Below are positions 48,621 to 62,032 of a DNA stretch of 64,000 nucleotides, one piece after another. The stretch comes from Heteronotia binoei. Its lineage: Eukaryota. The stretch spans positions 155,868,001-155,932,000 of the forward strand of contig NC_083223.1 in NCBI RefSeq assembly GCF_032191835.1. Reading direction: 5' to 3'. Made by a program: the position numbers and the translations under genes. The notes beneath the pieces were generated by a model. The model was not told the origin of the DNA, made no database searches, and was given only the letters and a program-made list of their open reading frames with translations. The first letter of the stretch is position 1. Each line of letters opens with the position of its first letter.

Positions 48621-51149
48621 TATTAGACTTACTGTAGTGATGTCTACTGAAAGGGCAAGATTGGACAGTAGATTTTTCCTATGTATATTATGTCTGTCCC
48701 TAAACCTAAGTACATTTTAAATGGATACCAAATCAAACAGAAGGAGCACCATCCACCAAATGATTTCATTTTAAATTATTGACATCTCTGCCATTCAAGA
48801 ACAAAATTGACTAATATGAGAAACTCTAAGCAGCAATGACCATCTAAATCTTTTATTTTGTATACTCATTTCAAGGCAATGCTGTTCTCATTTGAAAAAT
48901 GTGAAACTGTACGACTGTTCCCTACTATTACTGCAAAAGGAACAAATCAAGGTAGGCTGAGTAAACCAATGAAAAACAAATATTTACTCCAATTAGGCTA
49001 TGTCTCTGTTGTTGAACGTAATTCAGCTTAATACTGAGACTTAGTAACCGTGTCATTAAAATCAACAAAATTTGCTTCCAAGGAAACATTTTTAGTATCT
49101 GGGCATTAGAAGCAATGGTTAATGGCAGTGACTGACATCAAAATACTCATGCTTTAGACCATCTGTAAAATGTGATCAAAATAGCATGTCAATGTAGTGT
49201 AGTGGTTAAGAGTGTTGGGCTAGTCTATGGAAGACCCCAGTCTGAAACTACACTCAAGCCACAGAAGCTTGCTGGATGACCTTAAGCCAGTCATACTCTC
49301 TCAGTCTAACCCACCTCGAAGGGTTAGAGAAGAGAATTATATAAACTGCCTTAGGTTCCCAGGAGGAAGAATGGTGGGGTATAAATAAAAATAAATAAAA
49401 GAATGCATTGTCTCTTCATCCTCTTCCTTTAGCCTCAAAACAATAAAACACTACTGAGAGAACTCTTCTCACAAGTTCATGAATGTAGGGATTATATTTA
49501 ATTGACATGAACATTACATATATTATGAACCAACTGTTTTGAAGGCCAACTGAAGTCTAAATATTCATAATGTTGAACAATGGTTTCATCAGTCCTCATA
49601 GGTGATATCAGAAATTCAGTTTAATTATCACTTATGTAATGTTTTATTCCTCCAGAGGTGCAGTGCAGAAAGCAGTGCAGAGAAGGCCTCCACATTCTAG
49701 AGAATCCAACTTGCACTGCCACTGAGACAACCTGAATCCATCCTTTTCAAATCCAAATGCAGCAGCCCTACATTTAATCCTGTTATTTCAAAAGCGTTCT
49801 TAGGGGAAATTAAAACATATATTTTTATCTTCCTAAATGTAAGTAAAGCAGAAATAAAGCAACCCAATGCAAATGGAACATGTTCAGCCACTACTCACAC
49901 TGTGTTTATATAAAAATTGAAATCAGTGTGCCAACATCACTTGCACCAGTCACCCAATACAAGGCACATCTCCCTAACACCTTTACCAGCACCAACAAAC
50001 ATGCACCAGGCAATTATGACAATATACACTTTGGTGAAGCAAAACAGTTTTACCTGTTCAAAAACAGTACAAATTTGGATTGCTCAGTACATATATTCCA
50101 TTACCATACAACCTTAGTTAATACAATACAGTATTCTTTGTTTAAAATAAGAGGTTAAAGTTTTTTCTGACCATCCAGTTACCACAAAGCTACAGGAATG
50201 CCAAGTAAGCATAAAAATAAAGAATCCTTTGGTAAATCAAATACCTACACAAATGGGCCAGAAGGGAAGAGCTTAAATTTGGTTTAGTTCAATTGACTAC
50301 GAAACAGACAAAAAGGTAACATTTTATAATAAGAAAATACATACAGTAATCTGAGTTCTGAAATGCATGGTTTTCTGAATGATACAAGAAAGCCATCTAG
50401 TGTTAACATTTAGAAGCGAGTGTTGCACCCAAGAATTAAGTAAGGACAATATAAATGAATCTCTACAATGAATACAAATAATGTTTTGCTGTACAAACAA
50501 ATATCCTGCAGTGATACAGTCAAGCACTAACAATATTCAAAATGATCCTCTATCAAGTATTAATAACACAGCTTTCAAACTCATTTTATATGTTAATAGA
50601 TGCATCTGATAATTTAACAATTTCAAAGAAGTCTTTTGTCAAAACTAGGCTGGAGCTAGCTATGCAACAAAAGTAGAAATTATTTCTAATGGAAATTGTA
50701 TAAAATATATAAGAGAAGAATAAAATAATGCTATCAAACCAATGACACCTCCCTGTGCATTCCATCTCAACTAAGGATGCGAAGACTCCAACAAAGAAAA
50801 AGTTTTAAAATGAACTGGTGGCCATTCTTTACATTATGAGAAGGGGGAAAGGATGGTGGAAGAGGAAAAGGGGGACCACCTATACACACTCAACAAAAAT
50901 GAAGCACTTTCTTTTCTTCCTAAGAAATCGTTTATTTAAAGCAGACGATAAACTCATCCCCTCATTTCTAAATGATGCATTTCAGTCTATTTTCAAATCC
51001 AAGGAAGTAGAGGGATTCTCTCATTTCCTCCATTCCTAAATCAGATTTACTTAATTTTTTAAAAATCCAGAAATTAATACACATACCAAGATTCCATCAT
51101 TCGTTCCAGAATTACAAAGAAAACTTGATAAGCTAGTTTAACACACATA

Positions 51150-52500
51150 TGCAACTCGGTTATACCAGCCGTCCGCCTAAAATTCCTCTCCTACCGGGGG
51201 GGGGGGGGGAGAGGGGGGTGTAACGAAATTAACCCTGCAGGTGTTTGGACCGGGGTGGGGGGCGCTAAGTGATGCCTCGTACTGGTAAAGCAAGCATAAA
51301 GCTTTGCAAGTCTACGCCACAGGGAGGGAGACGAATTCTTACTCCCCCCTCACACCCTTTGCCATTCCGACCCACCGAGGGAACCCATCCAACCATTCCC
51401 GAGGCAGGCAAGGCAATAACTCTTCCGGCTCCCTCCCTCCTGCAACACACACGCCGCGCGCCCCTATTCATGAACCAAAATTATCGCCTCCAACTTTCCA
51501 CCTTGACCCTCGCCTGCAAATGAATGCACTTAAGCAAGCGCCTCCGTCTGTCAAGTGGGGCTGCGTCCGCTCCAGGGCAATCCCGCCCCGAGAATTCCTT
51601 CCCACTCCTCCATCGCAAACCAAACAAATGCTCCCCCTTCCATCTCCCTCAGAAGAGCGCCCTCCTTGGCCCACAAAGAGTTGCTTGCCGAGGGCTCCCG
51701 AACCGTCCCCACTCCCTCCAACTCTCAGCCTCGCCCGGCAAGGCTTTCTCTCCGTCGCGGAGGCACAGAACCCCTTCCTTTCTCATGCCCCACCGCCCAC
51801 AAGCCGCAGCGGACAACCACATCATCCCTCACCTTCTTCACGCCCCGTCCGCCGAGCCGGGCTGCCTCCCGGGAAAGGTCCCCCCCAATGGCCCCCGCCC
51901 GCGACCTCTGCTCCCAACGGCTTTCCAGAATGACTGGCTAGCTAGTTGGTAAGTGCGCGCTCCCGCCTTCCCGAAATGAGGGACCGGGGGGGGGGGGCGC
52001 GGGCGGGCGGCGGCGGACGACGAGCGACTTGTCCGCCAGCACGCACCACCAGCTCGCCGGCTCCCCTCAGCGCAGTTGCCAGCTCAGGCACGATCTGGCT
52101 GCGTCCGCTCAGCCGCCAGATGAGCAGAAAGGGGTGGGGGGAGAGAGAAAGCGCGAGATTCCCTCCCTCAAAACAGCGCCACCCGCCTCCCACGGCTCAG
52201 AAACGCTTTCCTAGCTCCTCATTGGTTTCTGGAACCCAGCTTTGTGGGCATCCTAATGCCCCATTGGACCTGGGAAGTGCCTTTCAGAAAGGAGCGTCCC
52301 GCCTTACCATCGGCGATTCCCACCTTCGGCTTTTCCTTCCAATTGTCTCCGTTGCCTTATAGAGTCCGAAGAGAGGTGCTGCTGGTACTCTTTCTGTTTC
52401 CCAGGCGGCGCGAGCGGCTTGCCAAAGTTCTGTCTCTTGAGGCATCCTTACTGGGGAGACGGGGAGGAGGGGAGGGCCTAGCGGGAAGTCTGGACTAAGC
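51150..52500. promoter_or_regulatory. CpG-island promoter with candidate alternative first exons of the minus-strand gene
   Basis: High GC and CpG content in non-repeat sequence; minus-strand donors ATG|GTAAGG (exon ends 52308) and AAG|GTGAGG (exon ends 51833); CCAAT and GC boxes. Confidence 0.8.
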
Positions 52501-52769
52501 AACTGGCTACTGTGGGTGACAGTTGCCGGTTTTCCAGATAGTCTCTGAACCCATCGCAATCCCTAGTGACTCTGAAAGGGAGTCACGTAAACCTTTGGCC
52601 AGAATGATCTTCCACATTACAATTGCATCTGTCTGTCATCTATCACATTTTCTACATGAACAACATAGAGGGAGGCTCAAAAGTAAATACATGAGAGTTG
52701 CAGGTGAGTAGACATTCATCCACTGTGCACAAAACTTTCCCATCTCTCAAACTTTATTATTCTCCAGAG

Positions 52770-53357
52770 CAGGGGTGTAAAATGTATGGCCTGGGGGCCA
52801 AATCAGGCCTCCGGAGGGCTCCTATCAGACCCCCCCCCCCCCAAGCAACTGGATTTGGCATCCTTCTTCCTCTCGCTTGCTTCCTTCTGCATAACAGCTT
52901 GCTTTGGAGGGCTTGCTCAATTGCACTACAGAGTAAAGCTTCTGTTTTCTCCATTGGCTGAGGCTCCTCCCTTGGGAAGGAAGGGGGAGAAGGGAGACCT
53001 TGCTTTGCCAGGCAGTCTCAATCACACAGCAGAGTTACTGAGCCAAGCCTCACTTCCTTCTGTTGACTGAAGCTCCTTCCTCTCCTGGTCCCCCTGGGGA
53101 AGGAAAGAGCCAGAGCTTCCTTTGCTCAGTTCCCTGGATCACATGGGAGAGATACAAAGAGAGTACTTTTAAGACCAACGAGTGCTAATGTTTTAAGCAT
53201 GTTTTAAGTTTTTTAAAAAAAATACTTTGTGTTTGTACCCTTTATAAAGTTTATATCTCTGCTACCTGGTGTTATATTTTATGACACATGGCTGCGCCTG
53301 ACAAGGTCTCATTTATGTCAGATCCGGCTCTCATAAGAAATGAGTTCGACACCCCTG
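52770..53357. mobile_element. hAT MITE (family A), inverted relative to the other two copies
   Basis: CAGGGGTGT...GACACCCCTG; interior homologous to 23589 and 48045; flanking 8-mers do not match. Confidence 0.85.
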
Positions 53358-54525
53358 CAAGTGTCTAGAACAAAAGTGGTCCCGTTGTGGCAACATTGAA
53401 TGTGCTAGTCAATGCCCCCACCATTTTCAAGACCTGGACAACACCACAAGGTGCTGTAGTGCAGAGAGCTCTCCTTGAGCAGGTCATGTCTTGCTACTAG
53501 AACAAAAGCACACAAACTATTACAAGATCTCTGTGACATAAGGAATCAAAAGAAATGGCTGCAGATAAGCAGGAGCCTGTCAGTATGAGAACCCAACATT
53601 TCACTACTGATAAGATTTATAATATTTTCCCCATAAAGAAAAATAAATAAATGCAAGAAGCAACATCACCTTTGACATGAACTGCTTTTTTAAAATTGTA
53701 AAAACTCTTTTACTTTGATGTTGTTTATAATTCTTACATTCATCCATCTTTTCCAATGAGTACAAGCTTCCAGAATTTCAATGCTCAGAATTTTTAACCA
53801 CTGTACCATTTGACCAGTGGTAGATACACTAGAAATATTAGGAAGAAGTTTCTATATTAGAAAGAAGTTTGCCGCCTACCAAAACTACAGTACTTAGAAC
53901 AGAACAGACATTCGTTCCACCCTGCAAGTGTCTAGAACACCCCTGTTCGACACCCCTGCAAGTGTCTAGAACAAAAGTGGTCCCGTTGTGGCAACATTGA
54001 ATGTGCTAGTCAATGCCCCCACCATTTTCAAGACCTGGACAACACCACAAGGTGCTGTAGTGCAGAGAGCTCTCCTTGAGCAGGTCATGTCTTGCTACTA
54101 GAACAAAAGCACACAAACTATTACAAGATCTCTGTGACATAAGGAATCAAAAGAAATGGCTGCAGATAAGCAGGAGCCTGTCAGTATGAGAACTCAACAT
54201 TTCACTACTGATAAGATTTATAATATTTTCCCCATAAAGAAAAATAAATAAATGCAAGAAGCAACATCACCTTTGACATGAACTGCTTTTTTAAAATTGT
54301 AAAAACTCTTTTACTTTGATGTTGTTTATAATTCTTACATTCATCCATCTTTTCCAATGAGTACAAGCTTCCAGAATTTCAATGCTCAGAATTTTTAACC
54401 ACTGTACCATTTGACCGGTGGTAGATACACTAGAAATATTAGAAAGAAGTTTCTATATTAGAAAGAAGTTTGCCGCCTACCAAAACTACAGTACTTAGAA
54501 CAGAACAGACATTCGTTCCACCCTG
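53344..54525. repeat. Tandem duplication, period 601 bp
   Basis: Copies at 53344-53924 and 53945-54525 differ at about 3 positions and are separated by a 20-bp junction insert. Confidence 0.95.
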
Positions 54526-54589
54526 AAGGAACTGAGTACCTGGCATCCAGACTCAGAGTAAGGTGAAATAACGAATATCATCACATAAC

Positions 54590-57133
54590 CCAAAAGTGCA
54601 CATACCACACTGTAGTCGTCATGAGAACAGAACTTTTCTTTGCGAATGTTGATATATTCAATGGAAACTGCAGATACAGTAATGTAGTCCTGCTATTCCT
54701 TTTAAAAATTAAAGGAGTGCAATATAATATAATGGGAAAGAACAGACTGAAAGATTTTTCAGACCAAATGAAGTTTCCAGAAGAACTGCACTTTTGCCTT
54801 TTAAACAACATAATGGGAAAAAAGTTACAACATCAAACAGGTATACTCCAGAGAAAAAGAGCTAAAGCGTCAGCATGCTTTGAAAGGATTCTGAATTGAT
54901 TCCACTGGAGTGTTTCTCTTTATAGCCTTTGATTTTAGCACCCAAATGAATCAGAGTGAAATTAGTACCCAAATGAATCATGATGAAATGGAAAAAGAAC
55001 AATGAGGAGGGGCCAGCCCACCCCAACACAGTTCCTGCCTGTGAAAAGAGCCTTGATTCTTTGGAGTTCATTTAGAATTTGTCCATCCAGAAAAAATAGT
55101 TTTTCCAAGAAAAGAATTTGCAAAAGTGCCGAAGAAAGAGCAACAAAATATCACATAAATTCTCTTTGAATTCTCTTTGAATAATCATAATTATGGGATG
55201 GGGATGGGGCAGTTCTGAGCAAGAAGGGGGGGGGTGATTATGCTTTTTTATTTTCACAGTTATAAAGCAGTTTTTTTATCACATGGAAATCCAATGCATT
55301 TTTCCAAAATAAAAACCTAGAACATGGGGAAACTAAAGCCCATAGGGGTGGGTAGAATGAAGTTTGAGTCCAGTGGTACTTTTAAGATCAACAATGAGTA
55401 ATTCTGTGTATAAGCTTTCATGTGAAAAAAACAGAAAGTAACCACAACATATGCCCATGGTTAGTTTCAGACTAGGATCTGCCTGGGCTCAAATCCCTGC
55501 TCTCCTATGGAAGCTTGCTGGGAGCCTTTGAGCCAGTCACACAGTCTCAGACTAAACTACCTTAGAGGGTTGTTGTGAGGATAATATGGAGGAGAGGAGA
55601 ATGATGTAAGTCACTTTGGGTCCCTCCCCACTGGGGAGAAGGCAGAAAATAAATGAAGAAAATAAAATGCTGCTTCTCTTCTCAAAAGCTCATTTCCCAA
55701 GACTGTTTTTATTAAAAATACCCATCACTTTTTTATTACACAAATTTGCATAAACATGTGGCTTTCCCCTCAGAGCCTCAGACTCCTTCCTAGACCAGCA
55801 TGAGCATTAGCCATTTAGCAACCCCAGTTCTTGGAAACAAGCAATATATGTTGACATTTACAAGAATTCAGCTGTCTTGTAAATTTCACTTTTACTGCCA
55901 CCTTCTTATAGAAAGAATAGGCAGACACACTGAAAATAGTAAAATACCACATGTTCAGGATTGTTCCAAATACTCAACAGAGTATTAATTTTCACCTTAG
56001 TTGAAAAGTGATTTGGTTATCACAATCTACTTTAATTCCTGATTTCTGTGTTTATTAAATCCATGATGTCCCATCTAGTTACCCTGCTTTAAAATGTTCA
56101 GAATACCAATTTGCTGTGAGAGTGCAATATAATTTTTTAAAAATGAATAAAGCATAAGTATGCCCTTGTGCTGGACAATGAACAGTGGAATTCTAAGCAG
56201 GTGTACTCAGATTCAGGTCATTTCAATTGGGCTTACTCACAGGAAAGAGTTCTGAGGAGAGTTCTTTAAATAACCAAACCCAGATGAGTGCTGTCCAAAA
56301 GTATGCTTTCGTATGCTCAGGATAAGTTACACACTCATCCCCCATGCATAAGTATGTGTATTTTTGGTGCATTGTGCATATATTGCATGCATAGAAACGG
56401 TGCATAGAAACACATGCACGCCAATCCTTTCAGTTAACAAGCATGCCAATACCATGGTACAAAGAATGGCATGATTGTATTAGCAACTTTATTGCCAGAA
56501 ATTATCTGTTTGTGCCTGTGTAGGGTTGCCAAGTCTAATTCAGAAAATATCTGGGGACTTTGGGGGTGGAGCCAGGAGACTTTGGGGCGGAGCCAGACTT
56601 TCCCATTTCCAAATAAATGCATAAAAATACAGTAGTGCAGTTCGCCTGACTAGTCATCCTCATCCCCCAATAGCTGCAATTCTAGTAAATGAAAGTGTAA
56701 ACACACAAAAAGCAGCCAAAATGCACAGAATTTGCAAGCTCACATTTTTGTGATCTCCCTGGGGCTTTACTCACAGGAACTGCTGTTCTTCAGGCTTACA
56801 CAGGCAAATAAAAAGAGAGAGGTGGAGTTTTCCTCCATCTCATAAACAGGCTCCCATACAAAGACTCTGAAAACAATACAAAACAAGCACAGAGACAGAC
56901 ACACACTATTACTGCCTCCCCCACAAAGACTTCTGAAAAGTACACTCTCTCTCTTTCTCACTGGGTCTGGTTCCTCCACAACGACATCTGAAAGTTACAG
57001 GGGCTATGCTGCTCTCTCTCTCTCACACACACACTACTTGCTCTGAAACGAAAGCAAAACAAATGGAGTGACTGTGTTCCCAGAGGCTGCTGCTGACCCT
57101 TCCCCATTAAGTACTTCCTGCTCAACTTTAAAG

Positions 57134-57164
<31 letters not shown>

Positions 57165-57650
57165 TTTTAAAACCGGACTTGTTTCTAAACCTGCAGAAGA
57201 TCTAGAGGTACTGGTGGCTGTGCGGGCAGGGTTTCCCCTCACTGGCCAGCTGGCTGGGGGCGGGGGGAAGCCTGTAAAACCGGGAGGTCCCCTGTTGGGA
57301 CCTGGGGATTGGGAAGCCTATGCCTGTGCACTCCGTACATGGTTGAGCATGCATAGACACATTTTTAATGTATGGCAGAAAAGTGAGGTTCATGCTTTAA
57401 AAATAAATATAAGCATGCATATGAGCAAGAAATAGTTTTGCACACTAAAGGAACATGTGAATCCTCCCTTAGATATTGCACTCACCTTATAATGATAGTC
57501 CAGTAAAACGCACTGAAGTACATTTCCTCCTTTTGTGCAGGCATTTGTTTTGCTAGACTTCCACACAGCGCATATTAAACATTCAGGCTCTTTTGAAAAG
57601 CTTTCTCTATAATCTGTCACTGGTCTTAGAAATGGCTGACAAGTGTAATA
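54590..57650 (-). other. Cluster of exon-like segments, possibly from an upstream minus-strand transcript
   Basis: Splice-site-bounded segments near 54606-54667, 56775-56867 and 57487-57636 (e.g. TAAG|GTGAGT at 57486); no convincing continuous frame could be assembled. Confidence 0.25.
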
Positions 57651-59599
57651 TGTTGCAAACAATCACAGCTATCGTTTGCAACACTAAATCAGCCCACAAA
57701 ACCACACTAAAAACATTTTTTAAAGTATTTAGAATTCTCTGATAGCTTTGTTAACACATGTTTCTGTTGGACACCTTCAAAACTATTGTTAAGTTTTACA
57801 TAATAATACATATTGTCTTAAGAAGTAGCTCTCTCCACCACTAGGTGTCCTTGCTGCTGGGGTCGACAATACAACGTGGAAATATGGCTGATTTTTACTC
57901 TTGTCTATCACATTTCAGCATTGTTGAAATATTACTGTAATACATGGTGTTTTTTACACATATTCTTATTTGGACTAGATCTACAGTTGTGGTGTATGCT
58001 CTGCTATGACTATGAGCAGCATTTTGCCTGAAACCAGCATGTTGGATTTTATGAAAAAACAAATGCTGAGGAGGAAACCATGACAGAAATCCTACATCAG
58101 AAGCTATGAAAGCTCATGGCTGTGATTACTAAACCAATAAATATAATCTATAAACAATTTATAAACAATTCAAAAATATTGGTGTTTGTTTTCTCAATGT
58201 ATCATTACAAAAGGCAAAGTTTTACATCACAAGATACAAATTACAGAACTGCAATAACAACTGACTCAAAGGAATTGGTTCCCCACACTGCTGGGGTAAA
58301 TGAGTTCTTAAAGAGAAAACGTTCCAATGCACATAAACTTCTCAAAGTCTGTAGTAAAGAGTGTATTATCTCAAGTAGAGATGCTGTCTCTTTCTGCCAC
58401 TCCTGTAGAATATAAATGAATTTACTGGTGTCCCAAAAGTAACAATGGGTTGATAGCTGAGATCGGCCATTTCATGTATCACTTCAAGAGGTAGTGGGAC
58501 AAAATTAGCAATACGATCACCATCCATGCAAAATAAACATTTTATGTACAATGAGTCACACTTTGAACATTATTATTATTGTTATTGCAATTCTGTATTT
58601 TGTATCTTGAGATGTTAAGCTTTACCTTTTGTGATTATACATTGAGAAAAGGAACCCTCAGGAGTACTATAGGATAAAAATAAGGACCTGAAGTGGAAAG
58701 GGAAAATCCTCAAAAATGTTACCCTTCAGTTGATGGGAAGCAATCTTTAAATCCAACCCCATGACACCAAGACTGCTTCTACGACAGATTGTTCTACTAT
58801 TCCTTCAGAACACCATATGACATCACCTCCAATTATTAACTTTCAGGGTTTTCCCTGCTTTGCTCCATCCCCCTCCCCAGCAAAAAACCTGGTTTGATAT
58901 GATCTTTCTGTAAAGATTACATTCCTAGTCTATTTGCATGTCATGTGGTGGAAAAGGTGTGCATTTTTGAAAGTTTGACTAACATCAGCACCATTTTCCT
59001 TGTGTCAGCCCCCATGACTACCATATTCCCTGCTTTGCCACTGGAGGGTTTTTTCATACTTTAAAAATGGTAATTGCTACATTGTTATAGCAGTAGAGCA
59101 ATTACCATTTTTAACAAGCCTGAAAAAAACCCTCTGGTAGTGGATGGCAGCCATGGGGAACACATGCTACTCTAGATATGTTGGATACTCTGCATGCAGA
59201 GGCATTCAGTGGCAATAAGAGCTACATGAAGAATCATTGCTGTGAGGATGCATCCCAGAGCATATTTACACTCTTTTTAACAATGATTTTTAATTAATAA
59301 GACAAACTGCCTGATCCTAAATATGTTTACTCAGCCATAAGTATCAGTTTTACTGGAGTTACTTCCTCATTCCTGATTTGTAGAAAATTGTTTAAATTTT
59401 AAACAAATTTGAGGGAGGGTTCTAAACTATCCCCCCTCCCCCCCCAAAAAAGGTAAGATTTCTGCACTTGTGCTGATGAAACAAAGGAGAATTTTTGTGC
59501 TGGGGGGATGGGCAGAGGAGGAGGGAGTGAGAGCCACTGTCTGAACCAGGCAGGGAACCAGTAGACAGAGAGGGAGGAAGGGGAGCCAGAACTGCCACC

Positions 59600-60720
59600 C
59601 CTCGTTTGCCTAGTGGGCGAGCCAGCCCTTCTGGTCCAACACTCTATGTCACACAGTGGGCAAAACGCAGGTGCCATCAGGAGGTCCACCAGCAGGGCTG
59701 GAACTCCAGAAGCCCTCCCACTGTTATCCCCCAAGCACCAATAATATAAAGCAACTTTGCCCTATATATATAGTGTTCCATCTATACCTTGTGGCTAATA
59801 GCCACTCATAGTCCTCTGCTCCTTATGTTTATCCAATCCCCTCTTGAAGTTCTCTATGCTTGTAGAAGATGAAGAAGAAGATATTGGATTTATATCCCGC
59901 CCTCCACTCCGAAGAGTCTCAGAGCGGCTCACAATCTCCTTTACCTTCCTCCCCCACAACAGACACCCTGTGAGGTGTAGCTACCACCACTTCCTGAAGC
60001 AGTGAATTCCACGGATTACTTACTTACTCTTTGGGTGAAGAAATACTTCCTTATATCTGTTCTAAACATTAATTTCATTGTCCATGAGTTCTTGTATTGT
60101 GAGAAAGGAAGAAAAGTAGGGCCAACCCTAGGGCACATGGTGCCCTAGGCAGGCCTGCTGCCCCCCACCTCTCTCCTCCATGGCACCGCACCCCATCACT
60201 TGCACAGCAAGGGAGTAGAGATGGAGGCAGGGAAGGCAGCAGGAGAGCAGGGAAGGTGGCACAATAGGTGGCAGGAGCGTGAGAAAGCCAGCCCAAGAGT
60301 GGGGAAGCTGACGAGAGAGTAAGAAAGATGGAAGGCTAGCGAGAAAACTGGGTCAAGAGTGGGGAAGCCGGTGTGAGAGTGAGAAAGGTGGCAGGAGAGC
60401 AAGAAAGCCGGCCCAAGAGTGGGGAAGCCTGTGCGAGAGCAAGAAAGGGGAAGGAGAGCAAGAAAGCCAGCCCAAGAGTGGGGAAGACCTCTGGGAGTCA
60501 CCCAATTCAGTGCCCCTCACGGCCAGAGCCCTAGGCAAATGTCTATTTTGCCTAGTGGAAGGGCTGGCCCGGAAAGTACTTCTTTCTTTCTCTATCCCAT
60601 GAATAATTTTGTAAACCTCTATCATGTCACTCCTCAATCATTTCTCCAAGATAAAGAGCCCTAACCCCTTTAACCTTTCTTTATAGGGCAAGGTGTTCCA
60701 TCCTTAGACTTCATTCACAC
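59600..60720 (-). mobile_element. Old CR1 3' end interrupted by a SINE fragment and a MITE
   Basis: CR1 3' UTR motifs (GTGGCTAATAGCCAC; CAGTGAATTCCAC; GAGTTCTTGTATTGTGAGAA); Squam3-type 3' piece at ~59864-59980 with TSD TGTAG. Confidence 0.8.
60118..60570. mobile_element. PIF/Harbinger-like MITE with internal ~60-bp tandem repeats
   Basis: Termini AGGGCCAACCC / GGGCTGGCCC; unit GAAAGCC.GCCCAAGAGTGGGGAAG repeated four times (60281-60487). Confidence 0.6.
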
Positions 60721-61230
60721 TTCTTTACACTCAAGATTCCTCCTGATTCAGGATGGAGTTTTCAAGATCTATTACTCTTATTGGGGTAATGGGTAATTTA
60801 AAAACTTATTGATTTAAGGAATGTGTTTATTATAAGCAGATAAAGTCTTCTGAATTTAAAATAAGTGGTTTTAATCCAACATGTAGATTTATGAGTCTTA
60901 GAAGTCATAGAAGGTGAAAGACAACAGGATGCTGAGCCTAGGAATAGAAGGATCATATTTCAATCCAGAGGAAGGCAATAGACATCTCAACAGCTAGAAT
61001 ACATTTTCCCCCCTTTTGGAATGTATTTCAGGAACAGGGACATCGCTCTGTGATTTATGCAAGCTGAAGTTTAAGGCTACCCAAAACCGGATATTATCGA
61101 TCACCGGTACAGCTTTGCTTCTTTAAGTGGTCAAGTCTCAAGTGGCCAGAGAAGAACATTGTTGGACTGGCTTGATATTTACTTCTCAAGAGCAACCTGT
61201 TTTTGTATTGATCATTGCACTGTGTTATAT

Positions 61231-61650
61231 TCTTTAGCTTGGAGAAACGTCGACTGAGGGGTGACATGATAGAGGTTTACAAGATAATGCATGGGATGGA
61301 GAAAGTAGAGAAAGAGGTACTTTTCTCCCTTTCTCACAATACAAGAACTCATGGGCATTCAATGAAATTGCTGAGCAGACAGGTTAAAATGGATAAAAGG
61401 AAGTACTTCTTCACACAAAGGGTGATTAACATGTGGAATTCACTGCCACAGGAGGTGGTGGCAGCCACAAGCATGGCCACCTTCAAGAGGGGTTTAGATA
61501 AAAATATGGAGCAGAGGTCCATCAGTGGCTATTAGCCGCAGTGTGTGTGTGTGTGTGTATAAAAATTTTTTGGCCATTGTGTGACACAGAGTGTTGGACT
61601 GGATGGGCCATTGGCCTGATCCAACATGGCTTCTCTTCTGTTCTTATGTT
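61231..61650 (+). mobile_element. CR1 3' fragment (ATGTTCTT-tail family)
   Basis: FSLEKRRLRGDMIEVYK...ISGY plus 3' UTR. Confidence 0.93.
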
Positions 61651-61732
61651 TGTTGCATTATTTGTAAGTAGAATTTCCCTTGTTAGAGTGGGCTTTGCTA
61701 TTTTACATATTGTTCTCAATTATATATGTTAA

Positions 61733-62032
61733 GAGCCCCATGGCGCCGAGTGGTAAAGCTGCCGTACTGCAGTCAGAGCCCTCTGCTCACGACCTGATTT
61801 CAGTCCCAGCAGAAGCTGGTTCAGGTAGCCAGCTCCAGGTTGACTCAGTCTTCCATCCTTCCGAGGTCGGTAAAATGCAGTGCTTGCTGGAGGGAAAGTG
61901 TAGATGACTGGGGAAGGCAATGGCAAACCACCCAGTAAAAGTCTGCTGTGAAAACGTTGTGAAAGCAACATCACCCCAGAGTTGAAAACGACTGGTAGTT
62001 GCACAGGGGACTACCTTTACCTTTTTTTTTTT
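61733..62032 (+). mobile_element. Sauria SINE, full length
   Basis: tRNA-like head GAGTGGTAAAGCTG...GATTTCAGTCCC; BovB-like tail GGGGAAGGCAATGGCAAACCAC...ACCTTTACCTTT. Confidence 0.9.

Noticed and set aside
51269-52559. Long Pro/Arg/Gly-rich ORFs in the CpG island, and similar ORFs at 22.0-22.7 kb and 27.9-28.7 kb
   Set aside because: Open frames on both strands are expected from stop-codon scarcity in GC-rich promoter and MITE sequence.
58409-58490. Plus-strand exon with an in-frame TGA as selenocysteine (EYK*IYWCPK)
   Set aside because: Stops occur in all three frames and there is no SECIS or selenoprotein similarity.
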